A DNA stretch of 64,000 nt. Origin: Squalus acanthias. Taxonomy: Eukaryota. The stretch lies in contig CM059434.1 of the NCBI GenBank assembly GCA_030390025.1, positions 107,322,001 to 107,386,000 on the forward strand. The letters are read 5' to 3'. A program made the translations under genes and the position numbers. Below, piece after piece: positions 50,241 to 64,000 of this stretch (within the stretch, counting starts at the first letter, position 1; every line of letters begins with the position of its first letter). Under the pieces are notes generated by a model, which ran no database searches, was not told the DNA's origin, and saw nothing but the letters and a program-made list of their open reading frames with translations.

Positions 50241-53200
50241 CTGAAGTCTGCGTCTTTTCACTTCCTAGCCTAGAGGCCCCAGGACTAAAATTTATTTCAA
50301 TTGTCATACTATTGCTGGATTAAGCGCAACCTACGTTCCCACACTGAATTGCACATTCCAATTTGCCAAGTTCCATGGCCAAACATTCAATTCTGACTGA
50401 CCTTAGACTCTGGTTTACTTACTAATTAGACTTCATGGCCTTAATAGGACCTCATTACCAGCAGAATAATACACTGTGCAATAACACTCCTGTCCTTATA
50501 AAACAACTTACCATCAACTTCCCGGATGGACTTCCATGGAAAGTAAAATCAGGCGGAGTGTAAATCGCGTGGTCAGTCCGATCCCATCAGTTTCCTGCCG
50601 GGGCGGGTTTGGTTAAAATTATCTCCACTATCTTTATTGAAGTATTTAAAACCACAAAGTCTAATTGTTAAGTGAATGGAGCCTGAGGTAAGTCAGAGTT
50701 TAATTGTTCTCTGGCCAGGGGATTTTCCAGATGGGAAGAACTGAAAGTCTGATCATGGCGTTTGGCAGGATTGTTAATGCGGGGATGGGATGCTTGTGAA
50801 GCACTAGGGTGATGAGTTGGTCACGAACAGCTTTTGCTGCTGTTGTTCTGTTGGGTTTGCCTTCTCTCCTCTTCATCTGAAAATAACAGGTCTTGCTGCT
50901 CCTCAGTCTCAAGTGGATGACCACGCTGCAAGCCTAAATTATTGGCTGTAATGGACGGATCCCCCAGACCTGTCCGGGCATCTGAAGTGTTGTTTAAATA
51001 TGCCGACCAGTCCATTCTACGATGGCTCTTGTGCTGCTACGGCTCTGCTTATATCTTATTTCAGTGGGCGAGTGAGGGTGTCATTGGCCAGGTGGTGAGA
51101 GGGTATCCTGTATGCACTGGGTCCTCCTGGCCGAAGTGTGCTGGAATCGACACCTACCACAGTATGGAAGCATCAAGGCACCTCTCGGGAAACCGCGCAA
51201 ACACCTGCATTTACTTACTTGCCAGCTGCACGTTAGGGAATGAAACCTTTTTCAGATGAGGTATGCTGCCCAACTCATGATTACCTGATGGCTACTTAGC
51301 AGTCTATTACTGCCTAGGCTTGGGAAAGCTTGCTGTGGTTGCAAATCCAACCACCCATTCATGGTGGATCCTGCTGCCCATGAGGAAGGAGATCAATGTG
51401 CTGAAGCCTGCAAAAAAGGGTTTTGTGACCTGTTTTATACAGGAGTGCATGGCAGACTGGCTGTGGAAAAATGTAGAGCCACAGTCACCTTCATGGCCAG
51501 CAGCAAGGCATGTCCACCTCTCATTGTTGGCTTCATGTCAAGTTACACAGGACAGTTACAGCCCCTTGGCTGAAATGCAGCCTCAGACATTGCTCCTCAA
51601 TGAATTTTGGTTCTGTACTCTTTGTGTGGTAGTCTTGCCTTTGTGCTGTCCCCATTGACCCCTGCAGCTGCTACTGCTCTTCCTCCTCCCATACAACCAT
51701 GTAGGTGTTGCTAGGAGCATTGCTGTCCTCCAGAATATTCATAGATTGTACGAGACTCCAGAAGTCATCGAATTTGAGAAAATCTCTCTCTCTTCCCCAA
51801 ACCAACACTGTATAAAAGGCCAGGCCTCTTTTCACCTGGACCCACTGATCCAACAAGTTTCAGGTAAGTTCCCCCTTTAAATTATGCACCAAAGGGCCTG
51901 TCTGCTGCCTGTACCGGCCACTTTACTGGCCTGGTCCTGCACTCAGCGATAGTCCTGCTATTTGCCATGAAAATCACATTAGCGTGCTATCTACATTATA
52001 GGACCCCAATTTAGATAATGAACTGCGGCTGCCTGATCAGGACCCGATCCAAAATGGCATATGCAGCATCGCCAATCTAAACAGCGTGGTAAGTGTACCG
52101 ATACCATTTTAAGACTGCTACTGTGCTGTTTATGCCAGATGGGCCAAGTTGAAATCGGCCCCACTGAGTTGCTTTGAGAGAGGAGAAGAAATCAAAAGAA
52201 ATCGTCCTTTCTGATGCCAGTGGACCTTCTGTGTATTTCCCGCATTTTCTCTTTCTACTCTAGATTTCAGATTTCCAACATTCACAGTTTTTCACTTTAT
52301 CTCAAAAAAGTTTTTTTAAATTGTGAAATCAGGGTCAAGGGCTGAGGCCGATCGTGCAGGATGTCATCAAGGCTAGAAATGATAAAAGAGTGCTGTTTAA
52401 TGCATAGGTCAACCCCCGTCTGGAGAAGTGTGTATAATTCTGAACACCAGTTCAAAGGAAGTTACTATTGCTGTTGAGAGGTAGAAAGGTGAGCAGTAAA
52501 GTGTGACTGAAATGGTAATTTCTCCTAGTCTGAGTGTCACAGAAATGGTGATCTGCTCTCTTTCAGAATCTCTTTATTGTAACTGTAGCAAGGCCAGGGT
52601 ACTGCCATTGTTAAAATGGGGGCCAAGGTTGCTGTTTTTAAGTCTTGTATCCTTTAGGTTCAAGAGTCTATAAATGCAGCAAATACACAGACAATTTCTG
52701 GAGCATGGGTACTCGTTTTATAGGGAGTGGCTCACCTCTGTTTATATTATTGCTTGCGGGACAAAATAGTTTGATTCATTCCTCAATGTACGCACTTCTG
52801 CCACTGTGGGAAAGAGGGGGAGCTGTTAGCTGTGAGGGATGTCTCGATGTTGATCACTGATGACATGATGGGCTTCTTCTGGCATAAAGACATTGAGATT
52901 GCTGGTCTTCTCTAGCTTGTATGCTTCAACTAGTTAGCTCCATGTCACTGAAGTGAGAAGTTCCAGGTACCGTATCCCCCAGAAACATGTTGTAATGAAG
53001 CAAGCTTGCCTTGTGGTGGTGGTGGTGGGCTGGCGTGTAGATAAGAGAAATTTGGAATTTCTTGGTGCATGGTCGGAAGGCAAAAAGTGAACATTTTCAG
53101 AGTATTCATGTATATGTTTCAAACAAAGTTAGATTTTAATGGCGTTTCTATCTTCCCAAGCTTAAGTTGTATACCTTTTGAATTAAAGAAAACTGGCCTT

Positions 53201-53790
53201 TCCTTTCATGGCCTTTGTAAAATACGTAGTAAATAGTTAAAAGAAAAAGAAAAAAACTTGCATTTATGCTGCAGCTTTAACTTCTTGGGATGTCACAAAG
53301 CACCTAACAACCAATGAATGAATTTTGAAATGGAGCCACACTGTTCTGCAGGCAATCTTGGCAGCCAGTATGTTCAAACTCTTCTGTCGTTTCTGGCACC
53401 TCGAGTTGCTTCAACCTTGACATAAAGATCCACTCTTGTAAAGCTATTGGGGATCTAGGATTTGAACTTATTGGTTCAAATCTGGGACTGTGATTCCAAG
53501 AGGATTTAAGGTAAATTCAGAGGGGGAAGAAGGTAATGTTATATTCATGCAATGAAAAGCTGCACAGTGCATAATGTGTGCAATAATTCACAGAAATGCT
53601 GGATGTCACCAGTTCCAGAGTGGCACTCCCAAGTGTTTTAAAAACGCATAATGATAAAACCAACACATACATTATCAAAATTGGAAAAGGAAATGTGGTT
53701 AAATGCTGCCTGAGCTTAAGAGGTCAATGGCATCTGCTTGTGCAGAATGTAGCATGGTGACTAACTTTGTTTTTTTTCCCTTGACAACAG

Positions 53791-53907
53791 GAAGATGATT
53801 CTGAGTGTGGCGGTGGCTCTGGTCTGAGCCCATCCTTATGGTCAATGATAGGGATTCAGCTTGTTCTGCTCTGGCTGCTAAGTAGTGCCAGACCTTTTCC
53901 ATCATGA
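53791..53907 (+). CDS. CACNA2D1: alpha2delta-1 canonical terminal coding exon EDDSECGGGSGLSPSLWSMIGIQLVLLWLLSSARPFPS* (GPI-anchor signal)
   Basis: ctaac branch, poly-T tract, aacag acceptor, phase 0. Matches EDYTDCGGVSGLNPSLWYIIGIQFLLLWLVS. TGA at 53905-53907. Confidence 0.96.
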   Translation, partial: EDDSECGGGSGLSPSLWSMIGIQLVLLWLLSSARPFPS

Positions 53908-56900
53908 CCGCAGAGAACGGACACCCATCTCCGCTTTCTAGACCCACCACACTGTAGCCCTGGATTAAACTAGGGAAACTTTTGTCCCCAGGCAGTAGAA
54001 GACTGACCATGTCCATATCCTGGTGTATCACTGTGTGAAAGCTTCATTGTTGACTCTCCATATGAAGAATGGTTAAGGTGCTCCATTGACGAGTTTAAAA
54101 AAAAATGTAACAGTCATACAATGGTAGCAAATTGGATTGTCAGTACTGAAACCTGCCAGGCAACCTATGGGAACGCTAATGCATTTATACAAAGAAACAA
54201 TTCATAAAAAATATCCTAGATTTGCTTATCATCAGGTTCATATTTTGTTTTGCTTTCTTGAATTAAGATGAAGGGTATTCTTTGTTCATGGCTTACATTG
54301 GCTGACTGTGGCTTATTTTAACACCATTTAATTGAGCTAGTAACATACAGGCACGACCAACTGTCCTATTGGTATAAGACACCAGAAAGCTTAAACATTA
54401 CCATGTTGGATACCAACCAGTAGTTGCAACCATTTTAAGAGTTTGAGACACCAAAGCCCACTGCTTATTCTGTGGCTTATGCTATTACATTATCGTTAGC
54501 TATTCTGTTACCAAAGGATGCCTGTTCCCCTCTTCTTCCACCTCATTAAGCCATAACTCTATGCCTGATGCCCTTCATGTTTGCTGAAGCAAATGCATAA
54601 TGATTGTTGTACCCCACACAAGAAATAGTGCTAAGGCTTGTGAATGAAAAAGCTGTCATTGTGGCGATTGAGTTTTGGACACTGATGCTTTTTTTGCATG
54701 AAGATGCTGCTACTGTTTTCTCTTTTTGTTTTAATGTAGGAGTATAGTTAATGTGCAAGGGCGACTGAGTGAACCAAATGTTGTTGATGTGGAATTTAGA
54801 TAATATGATGTAATATAACTGTTTCACTTATAACAACTAAATATTGTCAAACATACCTCTCTCAAAGTGCAGTGAACAGGTTGAAAGGATGGGAATTATA
54901 CTCAAATGCCATTTCAAGATTTAGATTTTATATTTTAAATGGATGGGCTTGAGCCAAGAGCTCCACGTTACTACCATAGCACAATCTACTTCTGTGCAAT
55001 GTCTGTAATATATGAGAAATAGGAGTTGTACAAGTCATTTAATTGAGTTACAGGAAAGTTCCCAAAGTATTTGAAATGCAACAAAGGAAATTTGAATTTA
55101 ATACCAAACAGTTAAAGCTGATGTTTGGTAGACAATTGATTCTACAGCAAAATTATATAACGTAATGCCTGATAATTGATTGATTAAAGGCATGCAATTT
55201 AGGATTTCATATCACAGCTAAGTAGTAAATGTATTTACTAACAAATTGTGATGTGATATTAGGCAACCCAAGGCATTATATGACGACAAAACACAAAAAG
55301 GTGTGCATTATAGTTGAATAGTGCTTTGAGGTAACCACCTTCACTTTATATTTCAGCCTGTCTTAGTGCGCAGCATTTATTGGTTGTGCATAAGTCTTTT
55401 ATTTATTTTTAAGAGAATCATCCTCTGGTCTTGATCATAAATGGATGTAACTCCAAGTATTTAAAATAAATTGGAATGATTGTTCTGTCAACATCAGCCC
55501 TCTGGGGCTAAAGAGAGGGTGGAAATTTTCCTAAAAAACAATTAAAATGACTAAAGAATTTAAACTGCATCAGTAAAAAAAACAAATCAAGATGGCAGCA
55601 GATCATTGCAACTTTTTGGTTGTTTCGGCCATCTAACGGAAGTGCACCATAATGAGTTTGCAAGATCAGTTCAGTATTTCAAAATATGTAAGTAATCAGA
55701 TGTTAATGTGTATGGAAACAGTATTTAAAATGTTTTGGATAAGATGAGGATAGTTTTGCTGTATGGCTGACTGTAATCTTTTTGGGTAAGAGTTTCAATT
55801 GAGAGTCTGTCAGTCATGGTACCAAATTCAGTGGATTCTACAGCTTTTGTATCAGTGACCCTTTTGCCAGCAGGATTTAAATTGTTAGCTTTCATTGATG
55901 CAGTGTCAGATTAGCAGAAGAGTTCATTCATCTCGATTTCTTTCAAAAAAAAGGCCAGAAAAATTGTCCAATGCACTACTGAATATGTAGTGCCCCGTGC
56001 TTGTGACTTAGAGATATGCCATGCAAAAGCACACATCTGATTTGGGGCTTGCCAAAGTGTTGCGGAGGCATGTGACCAATCCATTACCTCACAATCAGGG
56101 TGCCATTCTGCCCTCGTGAGAGTGAGTCCACATTCATGAATTTTTCAGGAATTGAAACACATGGCGAATGCTATCAGTGTTTGGCAGCATCATCACAATG
56201 CAAATATAACACTACAGGTTCATCAGTGGACTACAGATACTATTCTACTTGCGACCTGACCTAGACATCCCAAAGGCCCAGATCACTTGTGGATTAGCAT
56301 GCATAGCTCATGTCTGTCCAGGCAGTATTATCCTTTGTGCGCATATTCAGTTGGTGCTTTTACTTACAGTGTGACACTGATGCAGAATTCACCAGCAAGC
56401 CACCAGTATATCACAAACAGCAGGTACAAATTAAAAAAAACATCCCCACTTTAATATTTGTCTCTCCTCTTTTCAGTCTCCTTGTAACATATACCATTCC
56501 CTGATTGATGGGGCAGACAGGCAGACAGCCTCCTTGCGCTGGTGATACCTCTTTGTAACCACCATTAACAGGCACACATACGCAATCTCAGTTAACTCGC
56601 CCTCCCATTTCCTTTCTACCCCAGTGGAGTTGCGTCTTGCCTCCACATGGGGCTCTCCCTAAGTGTGTACTCTATAAATGTTTAATGCAAGTCTACTCTG
56701 CTGAAATGATTGATGCTAGTGTAAGATCATAGGTGGCATACTCCGATTTAAATGCTGTCATAACATGGCTAACTATCTGTATTCTGGCCAACTTACTGCT
56801 GATAGGGTTTGCAAATGAGATATAAGAGAGAGCATGTGAGAGAAGCTATGTTGTGGCAGTAACTTCACAGCGTACAGCTATGAGCAGCCATGAAATTTAA

Positions 56901-58100
56901 GACCATGCATTTTGCGTTGAAAATTTTGTTCATCAATGAGCTTCTAGTCTGTTTGTTAATCTTGGTGTCACATTTCTGTGATGATGTCATTAATATTTTA
57001 AGAATTTAAAAATAATGCATATTTCACTTGTTATTTTGGAATTTCTCCATATTACCATGTCATTTTAAGGTTGGTTTGTATTTAAATATTGATGAGGAAA
57101 CTTCACCCAAAATGTTAAAACCTGTGGAGAAAAATTCAGACTTCTGTGCTTTTTCCGTTCAATAACTTGCATTGTGTTACTGTAAATCATGTATATTATA
57201 TCGTCCTGAACACTGAGCCAATTTGGTTTGAAGATTCTGGGAAACCAATGTTGCCCACAAGCTTCAAGAATTGAACTGAGCACATTTTTGCAAAAGTATT
57301 TTGCTGCCATCCAGTACGAACATCCTCGGCTCACAAATTCTTATGCACATGTTCATTGCCAAATGGAAATTAACAAAAGATAAAGGAAACAATTAACACT
57401 GTTCATCGCCAACCTAAAGATGTATGGATTTTCCAAAGGAATTGACCCACTTTAGGTTTAGGTTTTACTCATCTTTTGTAGGAAACTTAATAGGGTATAT
57501 TCTGCTAAGTTTCAAAAAGGAGTGGAAATTATAAATCAAGGCTGCTTATCACCCTCCGCCGCACGCAGTTAGTCAATTGGGTAGAATTCTACAGCTTGTT
57601 GGCTGGGGTTGGCCTGTTGATTTAATATAAGGAAATATTAGATTACAGATATATCTGCAAAAAATTACAAGGAGTGGTTTGATTTTTGCTTTTGTCTTAT
57701 TACGTGTTTGAAATGAGTTTGAAGCAATGGGTTGATATGTAAATGTTTTACAAATCTTATTTTTGATAGCTGTGATCCTGCAAAGTTAATTGAATCCAGC
57801 CGAGAGCCTGATGTTAAGGGTCTGAACCAATATGTGCTAAAGATATTGCTTCAGAGCAATTGTAGTGGCTATCACGATTGATGTAATCCTCTGAACTCCG
57901 ATCAGAATGAATGTATAGGTCATTTCAGATATTGTGTAGTCAATCTGTGATGACAAAAGGGTCACTCAATACAGATGTTAAATGAGTTGGGTGCAATGAT
58001 TCTGATTGGTTGTTAATGGTTCAAATTCAGTAAAATAATTATTTTCTTATTCACAGTGTGACCCTTAGTACTGAGAATATATGTTATTCATGTTGTGAGT
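53908..58100 (+). other. putative long 3' UTR of CACNA2D1 (end uncertain)
   Basis: AT-rich, with no repeats I can recognise, unlike the introns. AATAAA at 55465-55470 and another at 59084-59089. Confidence 0.5.
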
Positions 58101-59699
58101 CTTCGTCCTCTTAGTCATCATTTTTGGATGTTTTTCACTGGTGTCATGTTGGAGGAACCGTTTTAACACCTGTAGCATTTTTAGCGCCGTGATCGGGGAC
58201 AGCTTTGAGTTACACTGCCTTCACACACAACACTCTCAACAAGGTGAAACAAAACTCCGCACATAATTAAACACTGCACGGTACTCCGCTCTTCGGATCA
58301 GAGTGCCAGTGACATTTCTAATAATAGAAAACAGCTGATGGGGCAGCCGATTCTTTTCTAACCTTGGAAGCTTAAAGGTGGGCCATTGGGCCACCTGGGC
58401 ACATCTTAAACTGCAATTAAATTGCAACTAGTGCAAAGCCAAGCTAATGTAAGACAACCTCCTCAAGGTGGTCTCATACCCAATGGCAAACATTAAATTG
58501 ACACTGGTCCGCTTGCAGTTATATTGTAGTTCTTGCGACGTATTTTCAGTGATGCAGATTGTGCCACCTGCTTCACTTTGTGAGAACTACAAGCAGGAAG
58601 TGGGCAAACTGAATGATAAACTCCTTCATCATAATTCTGCTTCCTGCTGCTCCACAAATCAACATGATGGATATTTAGAGAAAGCTGATATTCATCAGTC
58701 CAGTTCCAGAGACCCCAACAATATGCCTGGGGTAAAAGTAGGCTGGTTGCCACCTTTTGCCCAATCCAAAACCAGACTGGGTTAATTCATGTTTATTTTC
58801 ACTTTGTCTCTTCAGATTTCTCTGCGAGACTCTTGTCAACCTACCCTGCGATCAGGCTGCAGTACTGAAGCTTATTGGCTCGTTCATGTTTAATGGTTAA
58901 TTGTGGTCAGTTTTGTTAGTAGGCACCTTGGTAACTTTAACAATAAGATAGTGTCCCCAAGAAAACCATTGGTTACCTATGTAATTATAATATTAGCTCA
59001 TTAACTAAACAAAAACTTAATTTTACAAAAGAAATACTGTCCTTGTCACATTCTTTCAGATCCATTTTTGACAAATTACTTGGAATAAATCCTCCAACAA
59101 TTTGCAAGTCACTAGTAAAATACTTTAAAGTATCTATAAGGAAGTGAATCCGTTTTTGCTGAGCCTGCTTCTGTATATCACTTGCTGGGGACATACTTAT
59201 TTAAAAAATAATACCATTTTAAATTAAATAACATTCACTTGTTTCAATATGTAATAATATCTTTAAATGATCAAACATTACGATATATCTGTTTCCACAA
59301 TGGTGATTCCAGGGAACCATTTTTGTTCAAAGACAAATTGGAATCATTTACTATCGAGACAAACATTAAGCTTGCACAACTTAATGCAATGAATAGATAT
59401 ACAGATCTCACAGAGAGTCAGCTTCTAGAAAAATATTTCTGAAAGAAAGTGCATATGCGTACAAGTTATAAACAAAGGAGGGTGCTTGGAGTGATTAGGA
59501 TTGTGCCACTAAGTAATTCCTGCTAATATTGAAGTTCATCCTCATGTTGACGAGGAGACCACCTGGGTTACCACAGTCATGGGTTTCACAGGTACTTACA
59601 GCTGGCCCTAACAGAATGCACAAGACTCAGGGCAGGTGAGGAGAGCATACAAAGGACAATGAACAGATACTGAAAAAATACACAAGATATGGGGGGAAG

Positions 59700-61700
59700 C
59701 CTCCTATAACCTCACTGGATGATAAGATCTGCCAGTACACTTCACAAATTCTTGGGCTGTAAGCTGAGGATCCTTGTCTTAAATTAGTTTCTCTGGTAGA
59801 CCAGAGGTGAAAAACAACTCGTAACGCATTAGTAGTGGTAGTACTGTCAGTTATAAATGGCATAGGAATGATGCCAGCCCACTTAGATCGAACATCCACC
59901 AATATAAGAAAATTCTCATTCATAATAAAGCCAGCAAAACCAATGTGATCTTATTGTCATTGTTTTGAGGATCAAATCCAGGGATTAGCTGGGCTTGTAA
60001 TATGCAGCACCTCATCTTTCGATTGGACTCAACATTGAGTTCAACAATTTCAGGCTATAACCCCCCCATTTTTTCAGGCGGCAGTTGTTAATGATTCTGC
60101 CATCCCCATTTGCAACATTTTATCTCTCCTGAGTTCAATCCCTTCCTCCCCTCCCCCCCCTCCTTCCCCTGCCTCTGCATCTGCTTAAAACCTGTTACAT
60201 CTCCAACTTTTACCAGTTCTGACGAAGGGTCACAGACCTGAAACGTTAACTCTGTTTCTCTCTCCACGGATGCTGCCTGGCCTGCAGAGTGTTTCCAGCA
60301 TTTTCTGTTGTTATTTGTAATATACTTAGTTTGATGGTGATAGCAAGATAATCGATTTCATATACCTGATCAGCATGTTGTAAACTTGCCCACCAAACAT
60401 GTGACCTTGCCAAGGTTTTCATGTCTACAATACCAAGTGGTTTTATAATCACCAAGTTCTAATATTTCTATCTGGTTTTAGTACCGGAACAATGGGTGTT
60501 GTCTATTTGACTACTCCATCTTTATGGTTACTCTTTGTCTTTTCAATCTATTCAGCTCATCATAAAGTTTGCTTTTTAAAGCTTATGGTAGAGATCTTGA
60601 TTTAATGAATATTGGCGTGAGTTTTTTTTTTACTCTTGTAGTCTGCACTACATACAGCTCTCAGTATGTCATCAAAACACTGCACCCTTCTGCAGTAACT
60701 ATTTGCCTGTGGTGGATCTTTTCTGATCTTAATTTTCTGCCAGTATAGCTGTATAGAAGTTGATTGTTTCTTCCAAATATAGCCAGACCCTTTTCTTGAA
60801 CAAGAAACAAAGTTAAACAAAGACCATTTGGTCTTCATATGTCACAGATCGGTCAATCTTACCAATGTCAGATTTATCTATCTCAGATCTGACTTTAAAA
60901 TGGCTGTTATATCTTGGCGTGTTACATTCTTTTACAAAAGGTTCCTCCTGTAAAATGGATAATGAAGCACCAATACATAATTCCACTGCCAAAGTTTTAT
61001 TCCCTTGTTTGTAGTAGAATAATAATTTCACAGTTTGATTCTGATTTCCCTGGTTTGAGAGTACAAATTGGTTACTAACTTTTAGATGATGTAGTCAGAT
61101 TCTGCCCCTTCCCCTCTTCTAATGGTAAGAATGTTTGTTTTACTGGGACTGATTCTCTATTTAGTTTATAAGGTTTTGCTTTTGTCTTTTCTTTGAATCC
61201 TCCTTTCTCAGAGTGTCCTGTAAGTTTTGACATTCTCAGTTATACTGGAACATTTTCCACTGATATGTCCAATCTCATTACATAGATGACACCAGTAACA
61301 ACAAGAATCTGCATTCTGATTTAATTTCCGACAATGAACAAGTTCCCTTTGGGGTTCCATAATTCTAATGTTTGCTGCAACCTGTTGTAGGAACACACTT
61401 GCGTGTCTATTTACACTCTCTCCACACTTGAGGCATTTTTTACTTTTAAATTAGCTTCCTCTGAAAGTTTCTTTTCAGAATTGAATTTAAGTCCAATCTG
61501 TCCAAGAGCTGCTTCTAAAGTGCAATAAATTAGCAGTTTTTGGGTAGTCCTCTCAATTCTGTCAGAAACTAATGCTCCTTCGGTTTTTCTAGTATGATGT
61601 ACAATGTTCAGAAATTAGCCCTTTGAAATAAAGTGTTCCTTCATCAGATTGCCAATTTATTTTTCACATTTACTTTAATCAGGGCATCTAAATATCTCCT
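59700..61700 (-). mobile_element. decayed Gypsy/Ty3 LTR retrotransposon internal region
   Basis: Minus-strand order: gag knuckle CHLCNEIGHISGKC (61208..61396), protease-like VELCIGASLSIL, RT start TTPIVPVL (about 60490), integrase Zn region LGIVDMKTLARSHVWW, integrase core FLILVDVRSKW. LTRs not identified. Confidence 0.8.
60110..60315 (+). mobile_element. Penelope-like terminal fragment with hammerhead-like core, inserted in the Gypsy remnant
   Basis: agtt-CTGACGA-agggtcacagacct-GAAA-cgtt-aact followed by ctgtttctctctccac.gatgctgcctg.cctg. Confidence 0.7.
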
Positions 61701-61869
61701 AAACTTTTAATTTGACTCCTACAAATAAGAAAGTAGTGTGTTTCCTCAATGGCCTTTCATGTTGACCTGTTTCAACTGCTGATCACTATCTCTGTAAAGA
61801 AATATTTCCTGACATCTGTCCTAAGTTTGATTTTCACAACCCTGCACCTTGTCCTGTGGCCCTAGCAAA

Positions 61870-63560
61870 ATAAAAACTAACAGGAAAAGACCAGCTGGTC
61901 CGTCGAGTCTGTCCAGTACAGTCATGTTGTAGCTGAGCATCATCGTCCCCAAAGCTCCCACTCACCAGAAGCCAAGTAATCACCTGGGAACGACAAAAAA
62001 CAGATTTAAAAAATAACCAAGACCAATTCATGGAAAAAAATCACAAAGGTGATCAGGGTGAGTTCCAAGAGACCACAGTGACCACGAGGCATATCACCAA
62101 CATCCCACTTACCTTTTGTATGCAGTGATATCAGCTACAGTCAGGAACACCTCCAGCTCTCTTTTGAACACTTGCACTGAATCCACACTCACTGCATGAG
62201 TCGGTACTTTGTTTCAAAGGCTGATGACCTCTGCGAAAAGAAGAACCTTCTAACATCCAAGCTAGTTCTATGCTTATGTAACTTAGACACATGTCCCCTG
62301 GTTCTCCCTAACCTATCTAATTCATATCGTCTATCCACATGGACACAGCCTAGTTCTTCCTTATTTTAAATATCTCAATCAAATCTCCCTGAAGTACTAT
62401 GTTTTCTAGAGTAAGAACAGCCTGCTCTCTAAGCCTATTGTGCTAAGTAAGGGCTTTTAAGCTAGGTATTACGCTAGTGGCTCTTCTCTGAACCTTTACC
62501 AGCACTTCCATATCATCCACCAAGTGAGTCGACCAAAACTGGACACAGTATTCTAGATGACCAAGATCTTGTACAAGGACGCTATAATGCTTTTTGTTTT
62601 ATATTGGATTATCCTAGTGATACGTTCAAAAACATTTGTTTTACTTTCATTACAGCCTCATAGCACTGGTAGAGAACTTTTTTTAGAGAATTGTACTATG
62701 ACACCTAGGTCTCTTTCTCATTCAACAGACTTTAGTTCAGGACCCTGCATGGCATACACATGCATGGCATTAGCCCTCCCCATGTTTATCTACATTTAGT
62801 GTCATCTTCCAGATGCATGACCATCTCCCCATCACATCTAGATCTAATTGTAGTAATTTTTTAGCCAAGGTTCTAACAGTTGCACAAATCTTTGTGCCAT
62901 CCACGAACGCGTGAACAGTTCTCCCAATGCCTTCATCCAGATCTTTAATATAGATTATGAAAAGCAGCAGTCCTAACACAGATCCTATGGGACTCCACTA
63001 GTAACCGGTTTCCATCGAGAAGCACTATAATTAATAACAACCCTCTGCCTATGAAAAAAGCAGCCGGTTTCCTATCCAACCCAGTATCTGTCCTCCAATC
63101 CCACAAACCTCTATCTTATAAAGCAACCTATTGTGTGGCACCTTGTCAAAACCAAGTTTACAATGTCGACATTCACCAACCTAGTGTCCTGCTCAGAAAA
63201 TTCAACCAGGTTAGTGAGATATGACTTCTTTTTCCAGAAGTCATGTTGAGAGTATCTAATAACCTCTTTTTTGTTCAGGTGGTCATACAGTGTATCTCTA
63301 ATGTTCCCTTCTAGTAACTTGCCTATAACTTTCTAGTTGTGACAGGTTGCCCTTTTTGAACATTGCCATGACATGAGCCTCCCTCCAGTCCATGGGAACA
63401 ATCCCCGACTCTTGAGCTGTTAAATACATAAGCAAGGGCATTTTTAGCACATCCTAAAGTATTGTTAAGATTTATGTTCTCTGTCCTGATAAGCATCGTA
63501 TAAAATACTATGAGGTTCTCCTCTGAGATATCTTTCTTCAAAGCTGAAATATGCTACTTT
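61870..63560 (-). mobile_element. old CR1 LINE (RT + 3' UTR)
   Basis: ORF 62770..62979 LGLLLFIIYIKDLDEGI...FVDGTKI; FDKVPH.RLL.KI remnant near 63130. Confidence 0.8.
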
Positions 63561-64000
63561 ATGAAGTTATTCTGCTTAGTTCATCCCTCTAACATTGGGG
63601 ATCAATCTGGTTGACTTTGTCAACCATTACCTCAAGGGATTGGATGAGTCCCTTGTACCTTGGCAACCAGAACTGTATTGTACACTCCAAGCGATGCCTG
63701 AATTGAGCACTGTACAACTACAGCATGAGTTCTCGGGATTTGAACTTAACTGACATGGCAATAGAACCCGATATCCTGTTTGTTTTGTTTACTTCCCCAT
63801 CACATGGTGAACAATGGATGAACTAACATCCCATAAAGCATAATTAATAAAGTATTAATGTCCTTTAATAAGATTACAAAGATAGAACTGTGAATAGGAA
63901 AATAAATAGACAGTGATCATTTTACTGATTATTCATTCAAAAGTCATGACTTAAGAATAAAATTGGAATTCAAAAAAACAGAATTGTTGCATCCACAACA

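Noticed and set aside
52529-52582. Possible third terminal exon (ctcctag|SECHRNGDLLSFRISLL*), starting with the same SEC codons as the canonical exon
   Set aside because: Short pyrimidine tract and too short a hydrophobic tail. It directly continues a decayed CR1-like stretch (about 52405-52520), so a chance match is likely.
58468-58785. 105-aa plus-strand ORF downstream of the gene
   Set aside because: GTG start, no recognisable domain and no supporting exon structure.

Overview
Eukaryotic, repeat-rich vertebrate DNA. The repeat families (HE1-like V-SINE, Deu-type SINE, CR1, L2, RTE, Penelope, Harbinger) point to an elasmobranch (shark). The window holds the 3' part of the voltage-gated calcium channel auxiliary subunit gene CACNA2D1 (alpha2delta-1) on the + strand. 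I traced 14 coding exons by hand from 10318 to the stop at 53907; their splice phases are consistent and they encode about 410 codons. One intron (42330-45228) is minor-spliceosome (U12) type, and a long repeat-poor putative 3' UTR follows the stop. The most notable observation is a second, phase-compatible candidate terminal exon (48441-48590) inside the last intron. It keeps an early Cys and encodes a different hydrophobic, GPI-signal-like C-terminus. A weaker acceptor 121 nt upstream would give an anchor-less end. The introns contain a 3.3-kb non-autonomous Harbinger element with a spliced Myb/SANT gene, several MITEs with visible TIRs/TSDs, fold-back Penelope-like elements with hammerhead-like cores, LINE fragments and a 24-bp minisatellite. 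A decayed Gypsy element lies downstream of the gene. Most ORF-track entries are spurious. Repeat boundaries without TIR/TSD evidence are approximate, and all family assignments come from recognition, not database searches.
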